Part shown: positions 52,701 through 64,000 of the stretch, in pieces
How positions within the stretch are numbered: position 1 is the first letter of the stretch
How the letters are laid out: each line of letters begins with the position of its first letter
Assembly (NCBI GenBank): GCA_040954595.2
Contig: CM082581.2
Coordinates: forward strand, 12,398,286 to 12,462,285
Reading direction: 5' to 3'
Length of the DNA: 64,000 bases
Source: Balanoglossus misakiensis
Taxonomy: Eukaryota > Animalia > Hemichordata
The notes under the pieces: model-generated
The model's database searches: none
The model's input: the letters and a program-made list of their open reading frames with translations, nothing else
What the model was told of the DNA's origin: nothing
Translations under genes and position numbers: made by a program

Positions 52701-55700
52701 CCGCATTCCGTTTTTCTGGTGCCCACGTGTAGGCGAAACGAAATATGGCGTGTCATACCCGCACAATTTCCATAACGGGTGCATCGGGCATTTCCAGTCA
52801 CATGGTGTATGCATGGCGAGGCAGACACCATTTCCGGAGAGGATCGGTAATGGAAAAACGATATCCGACGACGAATCGCTCTCTATCTTTTAATGCCTCA
52901 TTTATAGCGTCTTTGCGATTACACCGCCAACCATTTTTTTGCTTGAGTTTCACTGAAATAGGTGAATTTGAAGCGTGCAAATATATTTTCTGAATCTCAA
53001 AATATGGCGGCCCGAAATAAGTGCAGCTTCCTAGAATTTCGATACACATGCTCGTCTTGTTCTGAAAAGGGAATTAGATGCACAATTTGTATGTATAAAA
53101 TCGACAGTTGCCGAAAAATGCCATGTTATAAAATGTTGATAAGCAGTATAACATGTCCATGGCTAAATGACTAACCGCGCGTGAAACAACACTATTGTCA
53201 ATTTCGGTACACGCATCGCAGTCAGCGCAATGCGTGGTAATACAGACTTAAGAATCCAATCCGCCCACGCGAGGACTTCAATCACGTCGGTATCAACATG
53301 ACGTGAAAACTTATGTGTCTTATGTGTGGGCAGTGATTTGTCTTCGGTCAAGGGCAACACAAAAGACGCCAGTTGAGTGTTTCGCGTCAAAATACTGTTT
53401 TTTCTTCTCTCGCGATGATACATATTTATTATTAAGGCGATGTTTTTATCTGTATCCAGGAAAGGATTGTCGTGTTAAAACTAAAGAATGGTCGGGAAGT
53501 ACAAACTACGTTTTCGTGATAGACATAATCTGCGTAGAATTAATAAGGAGAAAGAAGGATATGCCTGAATACCACGGTCAGGGCCACGACTGTGCAATTT
53601 GCCGGATGAAATAAAGTAATCTCGTGTACAATTCCTGAGAGGACGCCTAGTGTAGTGTATCCACAGGGAAATTGATAGGCTAATCTTACATATCCCTGAT
53701 TCAGTAATGTGTGTAATGTAACCTGTGCCATCTTAAAGGGACACAGTCGTCGCTTTTGACATTGTTTTTGTTCGGCTTAGTTTTACTCTTTCATACATAG
53801 TGACCCCTAATATTTATTCTCAATTTAAAACGAGAATATTCTAAAGTTGCCTTGAGGAAGAGTTATTTTCAAGGCTCATATCATACTACCTTCAACGCCA
53901 ATCGAGATACGTACAGAAAATGTCAATTCACATTGTATGGGCGTAGACTCCGCCCTTCAATAGTTCTGCAGTAGTTCGTGTGTTTGACGCTGAGAGCACT
54001 GCAAGATGAGAAGCAAGGTCGAGCGCAGCGAAGAGGAAGGATGGTGACGAATTTTGTCTAATTACTTCGAACACCGACGCTGCGCTGAGAGAAAATTAAA
54101 AATCGATATGATTAAAATCAACGCTGGCTGTGCTGATTGGTGATATTTGAAAAGAGTCATATTTGGACCAGAACTAACAGCGCCATTAATCTGACGGAAC
54201 TCCGCTCCGTTGGAATGGTGATTTCCCCCCATCGCCACCTGCCTTGGATGTTCCGGCTCGATGTCGGGTATATATACAGTTGTCTAGTCGCCAGAAGACA
54301 CAAGCGTCGAGAGTGCTGCACATTTGTGAACGCGCATTGTCGGATATTCGCCACACCTTTGGTGTAAAGGTGATTAAAAAAACGACAAACAGCGCTCAAG
54401 GCGAAACATTATGGGCTTTAATTGCCAATTAAAACCAAACTTTGAGTTATTTTCGGCCATCTGGAAAGAACAAACATCCTTGATGGTGCGCCACGGCAAA
54501 TCGCGTCTGTACTTAGCTGCAGGTGATATCACAATGTGTTGACGTGACTCTACCATTTCAGATGTAGAGTCGCTCTCTTCTGACCTTTTTGGTAAATTAT
54601 GATCGATTTAAATACATATTTATGACTACATAAAATGATTAAATACTGGCCAACTGTACACAACCCCCACTCTGCTTGTAGACAGACCATAAATTCGATG
54701 CAATACTTTAGGGTCAGTACCGCTAAACCAAGTTTTGCGCACGTAATGCACAGCCTGAATATATATCCTTACAATATTAAAAGTGTAGTCCGTATAGACA
54801 TTAATTATAATGAGATTTTGATGTGTGGACAGGTCAACATTGACAGACACATTCTGGATTTCTTAAAAAGAGGCTAATTTAAAAACAGTGAGAAGTGACA
54901 TCGTGTGAAGCGTAAATAGGCCACGGGGACTTTGAAAAGTGTCGACATAATTCGGATTGAGGAGAACCGAATTGAACGAGACCAGCTCGTTGGTAAAATA
55001 TCGATTAGTGATTATAAATAGCTATAGTTAATTAGGAAAATGCTGTATGAGCGATAGTTTGTTCCCAGTTCGCATCCCATAAATTATAAGTTCATTTCCT
55101 GGGTCCATGGCAATCTGAGTAAATGGAAGGGAATTAAGAACTGTTGTGCTTGAGAGGACACCTGTCACATGACGCTATATGGGTCACCACGTGACCCGAA
55201 GATCCGCTGCATCAACACAGCCTGTGTACAGCCATATGGACGGGTTATCCCGCCGGTAACAGGCGTTGAAAATGACCTCATTCGTCACCAAAACGCCCCG
55301 GGTCTAGTTATTTTTGAGTATATACACGACCACTCTTTTACTCAGCGAACAGTATTTATTTATTACTGGCCTCTGATGTGACACATCGATGAAGATTGAC
55401 GGGAGGCGTCATTGGTATCTATGCGAATGTGTGAGAACATCACAGGTGATGTGTTTTTTCACGGGAGGGGTGTCCGGTCACTGGGGGAACGGCAACGCAA
55501 CAACGGATGCGGCTGTTTCCTGTGTATGACTCGACTGACCAACACGTGACTTGATGAACCATCACGACGCTCAAGTAAATTATGGGCTTTAGAAGCCCGT
55601 ATTGCTTTGAATAAAATCTTAGGGAAAAATACAGTCATCTCCAACACCGAGGACGTTATGTAAATTACAATATTTATTTAATGGTCTGGAAGTTTTATTG

Positions 55701-58474
55701 CATCATAAAACATGTTAGTCTTTTCGTGGCACATAAATTATACCAGATGACGGTATGAGTGGATGTTTTATTATATCTCGCCCGCGAGGCGGAATTAAAC
55801 CTTATAGCTGAACACTCAATTGAAATATAAATAGTTCATGTATGGACCAATATCAGGCGATGCTTTCCACGTCATAAGGAGCATACCCTAACGTCGACGC
55901 CGTTGCATTCTGGAACCTTCCATGAGTAATTAAGCCATTTACAGGCATTGCGAAGTTTCGATGGCAAGGGAACGGGAGAGTGTTCGAACAATAAAAAGAA
56001 CGATAAGGTACAAGTGCCGCTGCGGAACGAACAATGAACAATGAAAGAAAGTCAGAGACAGAGAACAAAGAGTTTTGTGGAACAAAAACACGAAGACGCT
56101 TTGTCTGTGACGATATACTATTCGGCACTATTTATAGTATACAAATGACTTTAAGGACCGTGTATTTCAGGATAGAATCGCCATGATAACGGGACGAAAT
56201 AGCGGAAATCCCCGCACGCGAAGGGCCTTTCCCTTGTCACATTCGTCCATCAGCGCATTTTGTACATCCTGTTTATGGCAGAAAAACTGCCCGACAAAAA
56301 CTGGAAACCACCCAAGATTTGAAACAAGACTTGAGATCTGTCGACAACAAGTGTCATCAACATGACACCGAGCGACAATAGAATGATTGCGTCACATCCG
56401 ACGCTTATCATTCCCAAACCATGACAGACCACTTGATGACTTGATCCATAACCATGATCGTGTGACGTAATATATTTACACGGGTTAGAGAATACACGAA
56501 AAGTGCTGACAGTCGCAAGATTTCGTTTCGAGAGAAGAACCCTACCTTAAAACTTATCCGCCACTCCCTCTTTCACGCTTTCGATGACCGAAATATGAGT
56601 AACGTTTGTTGCTATGACTTCAACGCGCAATGTAAACGTTTGTCAAAGTTTTGTCGCAGAGAGAAAACAATCACTCATCGACCACGCATGCGTCACCGAA
56701 ATTTTCGCAATATCAGAATTTCATGTAGGCACTTTTAATTGACGATAAATTATCAAGTACTTTGGTATGGTGAACGTGGTATACCAGTTTCAATACGTGT
56801 GTTGGTTGCTCAATCCTGGCGCGGTTCCAAATGCGCGCCGCTCGGCCGCACGGGCAAAGCTATATTCGTTGATTTTTGTTTTACTATAGCCGGCAATATC
56901 GTATTATTAATAATATATTAGTACTTCAAACATTTAATCAATGGAAATTGTTAATTTGGACAGTCCATGGGTCAAGGTCGGTTTTGACATTATTCATATC
57001 TGGGTTTTTATGAAGTATGACGCCGATGTTCACGTGGTTATACTTCAACAAAGGAAGTGAGCAGAATTAGAAACACACCGTCTGTTTACGTCTTGGCTCG
57101 CGGAAAGGTTTTTGTTCTGTCAATAGGTGATATCCCTGCGGGCGATATGGAAGATTGACAGTGTCAAGTACATTAACGCATTTAAGTTGTCAACAGTATT
57201 ACTCATATGGATGCATGTATAAGCCGAATCGTGTCAGGCGCCCTTTAGTTTCAGGGAAAATAGAGAAAGCTGTCGGTGATACAGTAAACAAGAATTTGGA
57301 ACTTGACAATTACACTACTCTTCCTTTTATTACCGATAAATATTTTAACGGAGACTGACAATATATTTGATTTATGTTTGCAGGTGGTTTCGAATCATTT
57401 TCGGTGGAATATCCAGCGCTGTGCGTCGGACAAGATCAGCCGCAGTTCTTTGCGCAACCGACAACCTTAACGCCGGCGTCGGCACTGGCCGCTGAATGTT
57501 TCAGCGCCCCCATCTGTGACCAGGGCCAACCGGTGGAAATACTGCCCTTCTTGTACCTTGGAAGTTCTTACCACTCGTCGCGAAAGGATATGCTGGACAC
57601 CCTCGGCATCACTGCCCTGTTGAATGTATCGACCCAGTGCCCGAACTACTTTCCCGATGACTTCATCTACAAGTCAATTCCGGTGAACGACAACAACAAT
57701 GCAAATATTAGCGATTGGTTTCTGGACGCCATTGAATTTATAGGTATGTTGAAAAGTGTTAATATGAATCCATAATTCTGAGTTCTTTGCCTTGTGCCGA
57801 GGATCGTTACCATGGTTACACGTTGCATTTCTTATTGATCGCCAGCTAACATTCTGCTGTAAATATACAGATAAACCTGTTGCTAGTCAAAGTTGTGAGG
57901 TGTTTGACGTGTGCCGTGAAAAGTTTTTTCTTTTTCTTACAACAATATTACTTTATATTACTTTGCGTTTTGTTTATGTTTCGTTTATTTTTTTGTGGGA
58001 TTTTTGGGACTTTCTTGATTTCTCGCTGGCCGATATCGTTTTCCCCAAATCTCATAGTACATACGTTTTGTTTCAGATTCGATGAAAATCCGTGATGGTC
58101 GGGTTTTGGTTCACTGTCATGCCGGTGTCAGTCGCTCGGCCACTATCTGCCTTGCCTACCTAATGCGAGCCCTCCACTACCGTCTCGATGAAGCGTTTGA
58201 ATTCGTGAAGAGTCGCAGGAGTCTCATCTCGCCGAATTTCAATTTCATGAACCAGTTGATGAAGTTCGAGTCCGAAGTTCTCTCGCCGAGAACACCGAAC
58301 GGTGCCCCCTTGGAGAAGTTCCCGCGATCTCCGCACAAGATGGCACCATCGCCGTCCACCATCGGGCCTATGCGCAGAGCGTCCAGCGGACCGACGAGCA
58401 GCACGTCGGGCCTCGTGACCGTAAGGAAATTGAGGCGGAAATCGACGGAGAACAAGGAGAATTTCTCAACCTGA
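49723..58474 (+). CDS. Dual-specificity MAP kinase phosphatase, DUSP1/2/4/5 family, 3 exons
   Basis: Exons 49723-50116, 57384-57743 and 58077-58474. Rhodanese domain LLLDCRPFLAYNSHHI with KIM ILKRRSKG, then FLRG|GFESF, PVEILPFLYLG, catalytic VHCHAGVSRSAT and ISPNFNF. Confidence 0.95.
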
Positions 58475-58811
58475 CCAAGATTCCAGCGCCGACTGCTTCA
58501 GTTCTAAGCTTCAATGGTCTTCAGTGAGAGCTTGAAAGAGCAATTCTCAAAGTGTACAGTGAACCGGGATATGAGATTATTCGCAAAGGATTACCACCGC
58601 TGTGTTTGACTTTATCCATGTGGAATTAGCACTGTGTTTGGTGTGGATTGGGTTTGACCCCAGTATTCCCAACTCGAATTGACGGTCCTCACCTTTTCAT
58701 GGGTATTGACCACAGTACGTGTCTGAACACACAGAATTCATGTGCATGTGACGTCGCACAAAGAGTTGTCAACTTACAATGATTGTAAGCTGAAATTTTT
58801 CTCCATAATAT

Positions 58812-58865
58812 TTAATATTTATTTATTTATTTTATTTATTTATTTATTTACGTATAATTTATTAT
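58812..58865 (+). promoter_or_regulatory. AU-rich element in the DUSP 3' UTR
   Basis: Overlapping ATTTA pentamers (tatttatttatttattttatttatttatttattta); AATAAA at about 59226. Confidence 0.75.
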
Positions 58866-59121
58866 GATTATCACTTATAAGTCAAAATCATATGCAAGTC
58901 GACGAAAAATGTTTGAAAACAGGATATTTAGGGGTGTCTGCTCTACCTTTTCATCAAGGTGCGGTTGAAATCATGGTTATTTAAAAAAACATTGAACATA
59001 TCTAAAGAGAGGTGTTGTTATTTGGTGTTATGGAATTTTATACATATCTAAACAGAAGTGCAGATTTTTGGTGTTGAACTTTTTTTATGTCAATATGTGA
59101 ACGCGTTTTCTAACGCCAGAA

Positions 59122-59218
59122 TGACCACAAGGTGGCGCTGTTTTCTACCATCCACAGAATAAGTGTATATGGGTAGGCCAAGTAAAACTTAACACCGTCG
59201 AGTGCCCTCTTGTGTCCG
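59122..59218. promoter_or_regulatory. Pair of CTCF-like motifs at the DUSP 3' end
   Basis: TGACCACAAGGTGGCGCTG (+, 59122-59140) and CGGACACAAGAGGGCACT (-, 59201-59218). Confidence 0.55.
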
Positions 59219-60649
59219 ACGTGCAAATAAAGATCCTTTTCGGACATCACGAAACTAACGTACAGTTTTATACCAGCTTTACAGTTTTATGATCACAATG
59301 AAAAGTGTCACATTTTGTAACAGAAACTGGATGTTTCAACTGAAATACACTAATTTCATCATCGAAGTGCGATCAAAGCAGCATATTGAAAATTCGTCTG
59401 AAATACTCTCATTATATGTGATGTGTTTTTGTAATATTAACAACGATTTATTGATTTCTCGACATCGACAGTCTTGTTATTATTTTCCATCAAATTCTTT
59501 AAAGTTATGTTTTTTGATAGTTAGTTGCTCTCTTTCTCCTGACATATCTTAGAAAGTTCAATTGGGCAAGATGGCAACTCCAATAATATCAATCATTCTT
59601 TTTTTGACATAAGCATCGTGCCTTCTACGTATTTGATTACATTAAGAGCTCAAATTGGAGGCTGACCGATTTCCCCAGAACACCGATAAAGTACGGGTTA
59701 ATAACCGGTGTCTGAATAATAAGGGGAATTCCAATGGAAGTCCATTAACGTGCTCGTAGTACAGTGTACTTATTGTTGACGTCTGCAGTTTCGGCAATAT
59801 ATGAACCGTACTAAAACCTTTTGAATAATTACATTCAGGGTATCACAAAGATACAAGCAGGTGAATATATGTAATATCTTGCCAGCAATACTCACTATGT
59901 TATTCCATCTATGTATATGTACACAGATAGACTTTCATGTATTCAAAATATGTCGGAGGTAGATCACCATTCTTTTATTGATGCGGAGTCATGAGTACGA
60001 ACCGAATTTGTCCTAAAACAACAGAAATACCCAAATTGCCCCCGATTTCTTTCTTTTATTTCGAGAACTTACGCTACTGGTGTTTGAGAGTCCCTCCCCC
60101 TCCCCCGTGAGATAAGTGCCATATTCGTCCAGGTTTATTGACATGAAATGTTATCAAGGGACGAATAGTGAGAAAATTCATGGTTTAAACATGTTTGCTT
60201 TTCTAAGCATTGTTGCAATCGCAATTTAACGCATTAAACATTTCATTGCCATTGTTATGTTTCTACTTTTTCACAACTCGTTTACATCAATATTATACCA
60301 CAATATAATTTTAATATGTATCAGTCTTATTTTTTCTCTTGTACACTTTTTATATTTTTAAGTCTCGACGTTTTCGCAACTCGTTTTCATACATGTATAT
60401 GGTTCATATGTTACCCGTTTACTATACTGTTTTTGAGATCGCAATATAAAACGGTGTTGACAAGGGTTGATGTGGTCTTGTAGGCAATGAGCTGATTTTT
60501 ATCGTTGATATGAACACAAATTTATACAATCTGTAATTGTTATGAATATGTTTTGAAATTCATATTATTTGATATAAAGAGGTTTATCTTAACCTTTATT
60601 AAACTTATGAAGTTGCATTTTACATTTTCTGACGTGACTTATTCTACCA

Positions 60650-60920
60650 ATGTATGTATGTATGTATGTATGTATGTATGTATGTATGTATGTATGTATG
60701 TATGTATGTATGTATGTATGTATGTATGTATGTATGTATGTATGTATGTATGTATGTATGTATGTATGTATGTATGTATGTATGCATGTATGTATGTATG
60801 TATGTATGTATGTATGTATGTATGTATGTATGTATGTATGTATGTATGTATGTATGTATGTATGTATGTATGTATGTATGTATGTATGTATGTATGTATG
60901 TATGCATGCATGCATGCATG
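60650..60920 (+). repeat. (TATG)n microsatellite ending in (CATG)n
   Basis: About 67 tetranucleotide units, one internal CATG variant, directly abutting the satellite. Confidence 0.98.
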
Positions 60921-63900
60921 TCGAAATTTTTTTATTTTTTGATGATTTCATGAGCTATAACCCATGATTTTTTTCAAAAATCGACGAAATTTTGAGATTT
61001 CGCAAAGTCGAAAATTTTTCATTTTTTGATGATTTCATGAGCTATAACCCATGATTTTTTTTCAAAAATCGACGAAATTTTGAGATTTCGCAAAGTCGAA
61101 AATTTTTCATTTTTTGATGATTTCATGAGCTATAACCCATGATTTTTTTCAAAAATCGGCGAAATTTTGAGATTTCGCAAAGTCGAAAATTTTTCATTTT
61201 TTGATGATTTCATGAGCTATAACGCATGATTTTTTTCAAAAATCGGCGAAATTTTGAGATTTCGCAAAGTCGAAATTTTTTCATTTTTTGATGATTTCAT
61301 GAGCTATAACCCATGATTTTTTTCAAAAATCGGCGAAATTTTGAGATTTCGCAAAGTCGAAAAATTTTCATTTTTTGATGATTTCATGAGCTATAACCCA
61401 TGATTTTTTTCAAAAATCGACGAAATTTTGAGATTTCGCAAAGTCGAAAAATTTTCATTTTTTGATGATTTCATGAGCTATAACCCATGATTTTTTTCAA
61501 AAATCGACGAAATTTTGAGATTTCGCAAAGTCGAAAATTTTTCATTTTTTGATGATTTCATGAGCTATAACCCATGATTTTTTTCAAAAATCGACGAAAT
61601 TTTGAGATTTCGCAAAGTCGAAAATTTTTCATTTTTTGATGATTTCATTAGCTATAACCCATGATTTTTTTCAAAAATCGACGAAATTTTGAGATTTCGC
61701 AAAGTCGAAAATTTTTCATTTTTTGATGATTTCATGAGCTATAACCCATGATTTTTTTCAAAAATCGGCGAAATTTTGAGATTTCGCAAAGTCGAAAATT
61801 TTTCATTTTTTGATGATTTCATGAGCTATAACCCATGATTTTTTTCAAAAATCGGCGAAATTTTGAGATTTCGCAAAGTCGAAAATTTTTCATTTTTTGA
61901 TGATTTCATGAGCTATAACCCATGATTTTTTTCAAAAATCGGCGAAATTTTGAGATTTCGCAAAGTCGAAAATTTTTCATTTTTTGATGATTTCATGAGC
62001 TATAACCCATGATTTTTTTCAAAAATCGGCGAAATTTTGAGATTTCGCAAAGTCGAAAATTTTTCATTTTTTGATGATTTCATGAGCTATAACCCATGAT
62101 TTTTTTCAAAAATCGGCGAAATTTTGAGATTTCGCAAAGTCGAAAATTTTTCATTTTTTGATGATTTCATGAGCTATAACCAATGATTTTTTTTCAAAAA
62201 TCGACGAAATTTTGAGATTTCGCAAAGTCGAAAATTTTTCATTTTTTGATGATTTCATGAGCTATAACCCATGATTTTTTTCAAAAATCGACGAAATTTA
62301 TGAGATTTCGCAAAGTCGAAAATTTTTCATTTTTTGATGATTTCGTGAGCTATAACCCATGATTTTTTTCAAAAATCGACGAAATTTTGAGATTTCGCAA
62401 AGTCGAAAATTTTTCATTTTTTGATGATTTCGTGAGCTATAACCCATGATTTTTTTCAAAAATCGACGAAATTTTGAGATTTCGCAAAGTCGAAAATTTT
62501 TCATTTTTTGATGATTTCATGAGCTATAACCCATGATTTTTTTCAAAAATCGACGAAATTTTGAGATTTCGCAAAGTCGAAAATTTTTCATTTTTTGATG
62601 ATTTCATTAGCTATAACCCATGATTTTTTTCAAAAATCGACGAAATTTTGAGATTTCGCAAAGTCGAAAATTTTTCATTTTTTGATGATTTCATGAGCTA
62701 TAACCCATGATTTTTTTCAAAAATCGGCGAAATTTTGAGATTTCGCAAAGTCGAAAATTTTTCATTTTTTGATGATTTCATGAGCTATAACCCATGATTT
62801 TTTTCAAAAATCGGCGAAATTTTGAGATTTCGCAAAGTCGAAAATTTTTCATTTTTTGATGATTTCATGAGCTATAACCCATGATTTTTTTCAAAAATCG
62901 GCGAAATTTTGAGATTTCGCAAAGTCGAAAATTTTTCATTTTTTGATGATTTCATGAGCTATAACCCATGATTTTTTTCAAAAATCGGCGAAATTTTGAG
63001 ATTTCGCAAAGTCGAAAATTTTTCATTTTTTGATGATTTCATGAGCTATAACCCATGATTTTTTTCAAAAATCGGCGAAATTTTGAGATTTCGCAAAGTC
63101 GAAAATTTTTCATTTTTTGATGATTTCATGAGCTATAACCAATGATTTTTTTCAAAAATCGACGAAATTTTGAGATTTCGCAAAGTCGAAATTTTTTCAT
63201 TTTTTGATGATTTCATGAGCTATAACCCATGATTTTTTTCAAAAATCGACGAAATTTATGAGATTTCGCAAAGTCGAAAATTTTTCATTTTTTGATGATT
63301 TCGTGAGCTATAACCCATGATTTTTTTCAAAAATCGACGAAATTTTGAGATTTCGCAAAGTCGAAAATTTTTCATTTTTTGATGATTTCGTGAGCTATAA
63401 CCCATGATTTTTTTCAAAAATCGACGAAATTTTGAGATTTCGCAAAGTCGAAAATTTTTCATTTTTTGATGATTTCGTGAGCTATAACCCATGATTTTTT
63501 TCAAAAATCGACGAAATTTTGAGATTTCGCAAAGTCGAAAATTTTTCATTTTTTGATGATTTCGTGAGCTATAACCCATGATTTTTTTCAAAAATCGGCG
63601 AAATTTTGAGATTTCGCAAAGTCGAAATTTTTTCATTTTTTGATGATTTCATGAGCTATAACCCATGATTTTTTTCGAAAATCGACGAAATTTTGAGATT
63701 TCGCAAAGTCGAAATTTTTTCATTTTTTGATGATTTCATGAGCTATAACCCATGATTTTTTTCGAAAATCGACGAAATTTTGAGATTTCGCAAAGTCGAA
63801 ATTTTTCATTTTTTGATGATTTCATGAGCTATAACCCATGATTTTTTTCAAAAATCGGCGAAATTTTGAGATTTCGCAAAGTCGAAAATTTTTCATTTTT

Positions 63901-64000
63901 TGATGATTTCATGAGCTATAACCCATGATTTTTTTCAAAAATCGACGAAATTTTGAGATTTCGCAAAGTCGAAAATTTTTCATTTTTTGATGATTTCATG
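60920..64000. repeat. 87-bp tandem satellite array, about 35 monomers, continues beyond window end
   Basis: Monomer gtcgaaaatttttcattttttgatgatttcatgagctataacccatgatttttttcaaaaatcgacgaaattttgagatttcgcaaa. The 29-aa periodicity of the spurious ORFs confirms 87 bp. Confidence 0.98.

Noticed and set aside
53733-53760. TTAAAGGGACAC transposon-like end in the DUSP intron
   Set aside because: No matching inverted terminus was found nearby, so an element cannot be delimited.
60553-60967. MYVC/HTYI repeat ORFs
   Set aside because: They are translations of the (TATG)n microsatellite.
60998-61016. CENP-B box in the satellite monomer
   Set aside because: TTCG is present, but the required A and CGGG positions do not match.
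60920-64000. CRISPR array, or coding ORFs (MKNFRLCEISK...) in the tandem array
   Set aside because: Monomers are contiguous and near-identical with no unique spacers and no cas genes. The ORFs arise only because 87 is divisible by 3.

Overview
A gene-dense eukaryotic (metazoan) window with short GT-AG introns. The gene content and mosaic CpG pattern suggest a marine invertebrate, possibly a hemichordate or similar deuterostome; this is an inference. Gene order: BRD8 (-, runs off the left edge), EXOC4/Sec8 (+), FAM136A (-), RPIA (+), an uncharacterised ~804-aa gene (+), a two-pore K+ channel (-), ZRANB1/TRABID (+), NOP56 (-), RABEPK (+), an intronless PPP1R3B/C-like gene (-), ERGIC1 (-) and a DUSP1/4-type MAP kinase phosphatase (+, 7.3-kb intron). 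These are followed by a (TATG)n microsatellite fused to an 87-bp satellite array that runs off the right edge. Best leads: (1) the uncharacterised gene, which joins an N-terminal membrane anchor, a ~500-aa acidic disordered region with a Daxx-like SIM and a PLD-superfamily domain with a degenerate HxK motif; (2) two paralogous H/ACA snoRNAs in NOP56 introns, with a compensatory base change and a predicted 18S target; (3) an 18-nt in-frame microexon with Rbfox/UGC motifs inside EXOC4; (4) an 11-monomer higher-order repeat in the satellite; (5) CTCF-like motifs bracketing the DUSP locus. Gene names come from recognising sequence motifs from memory; no searches were run.
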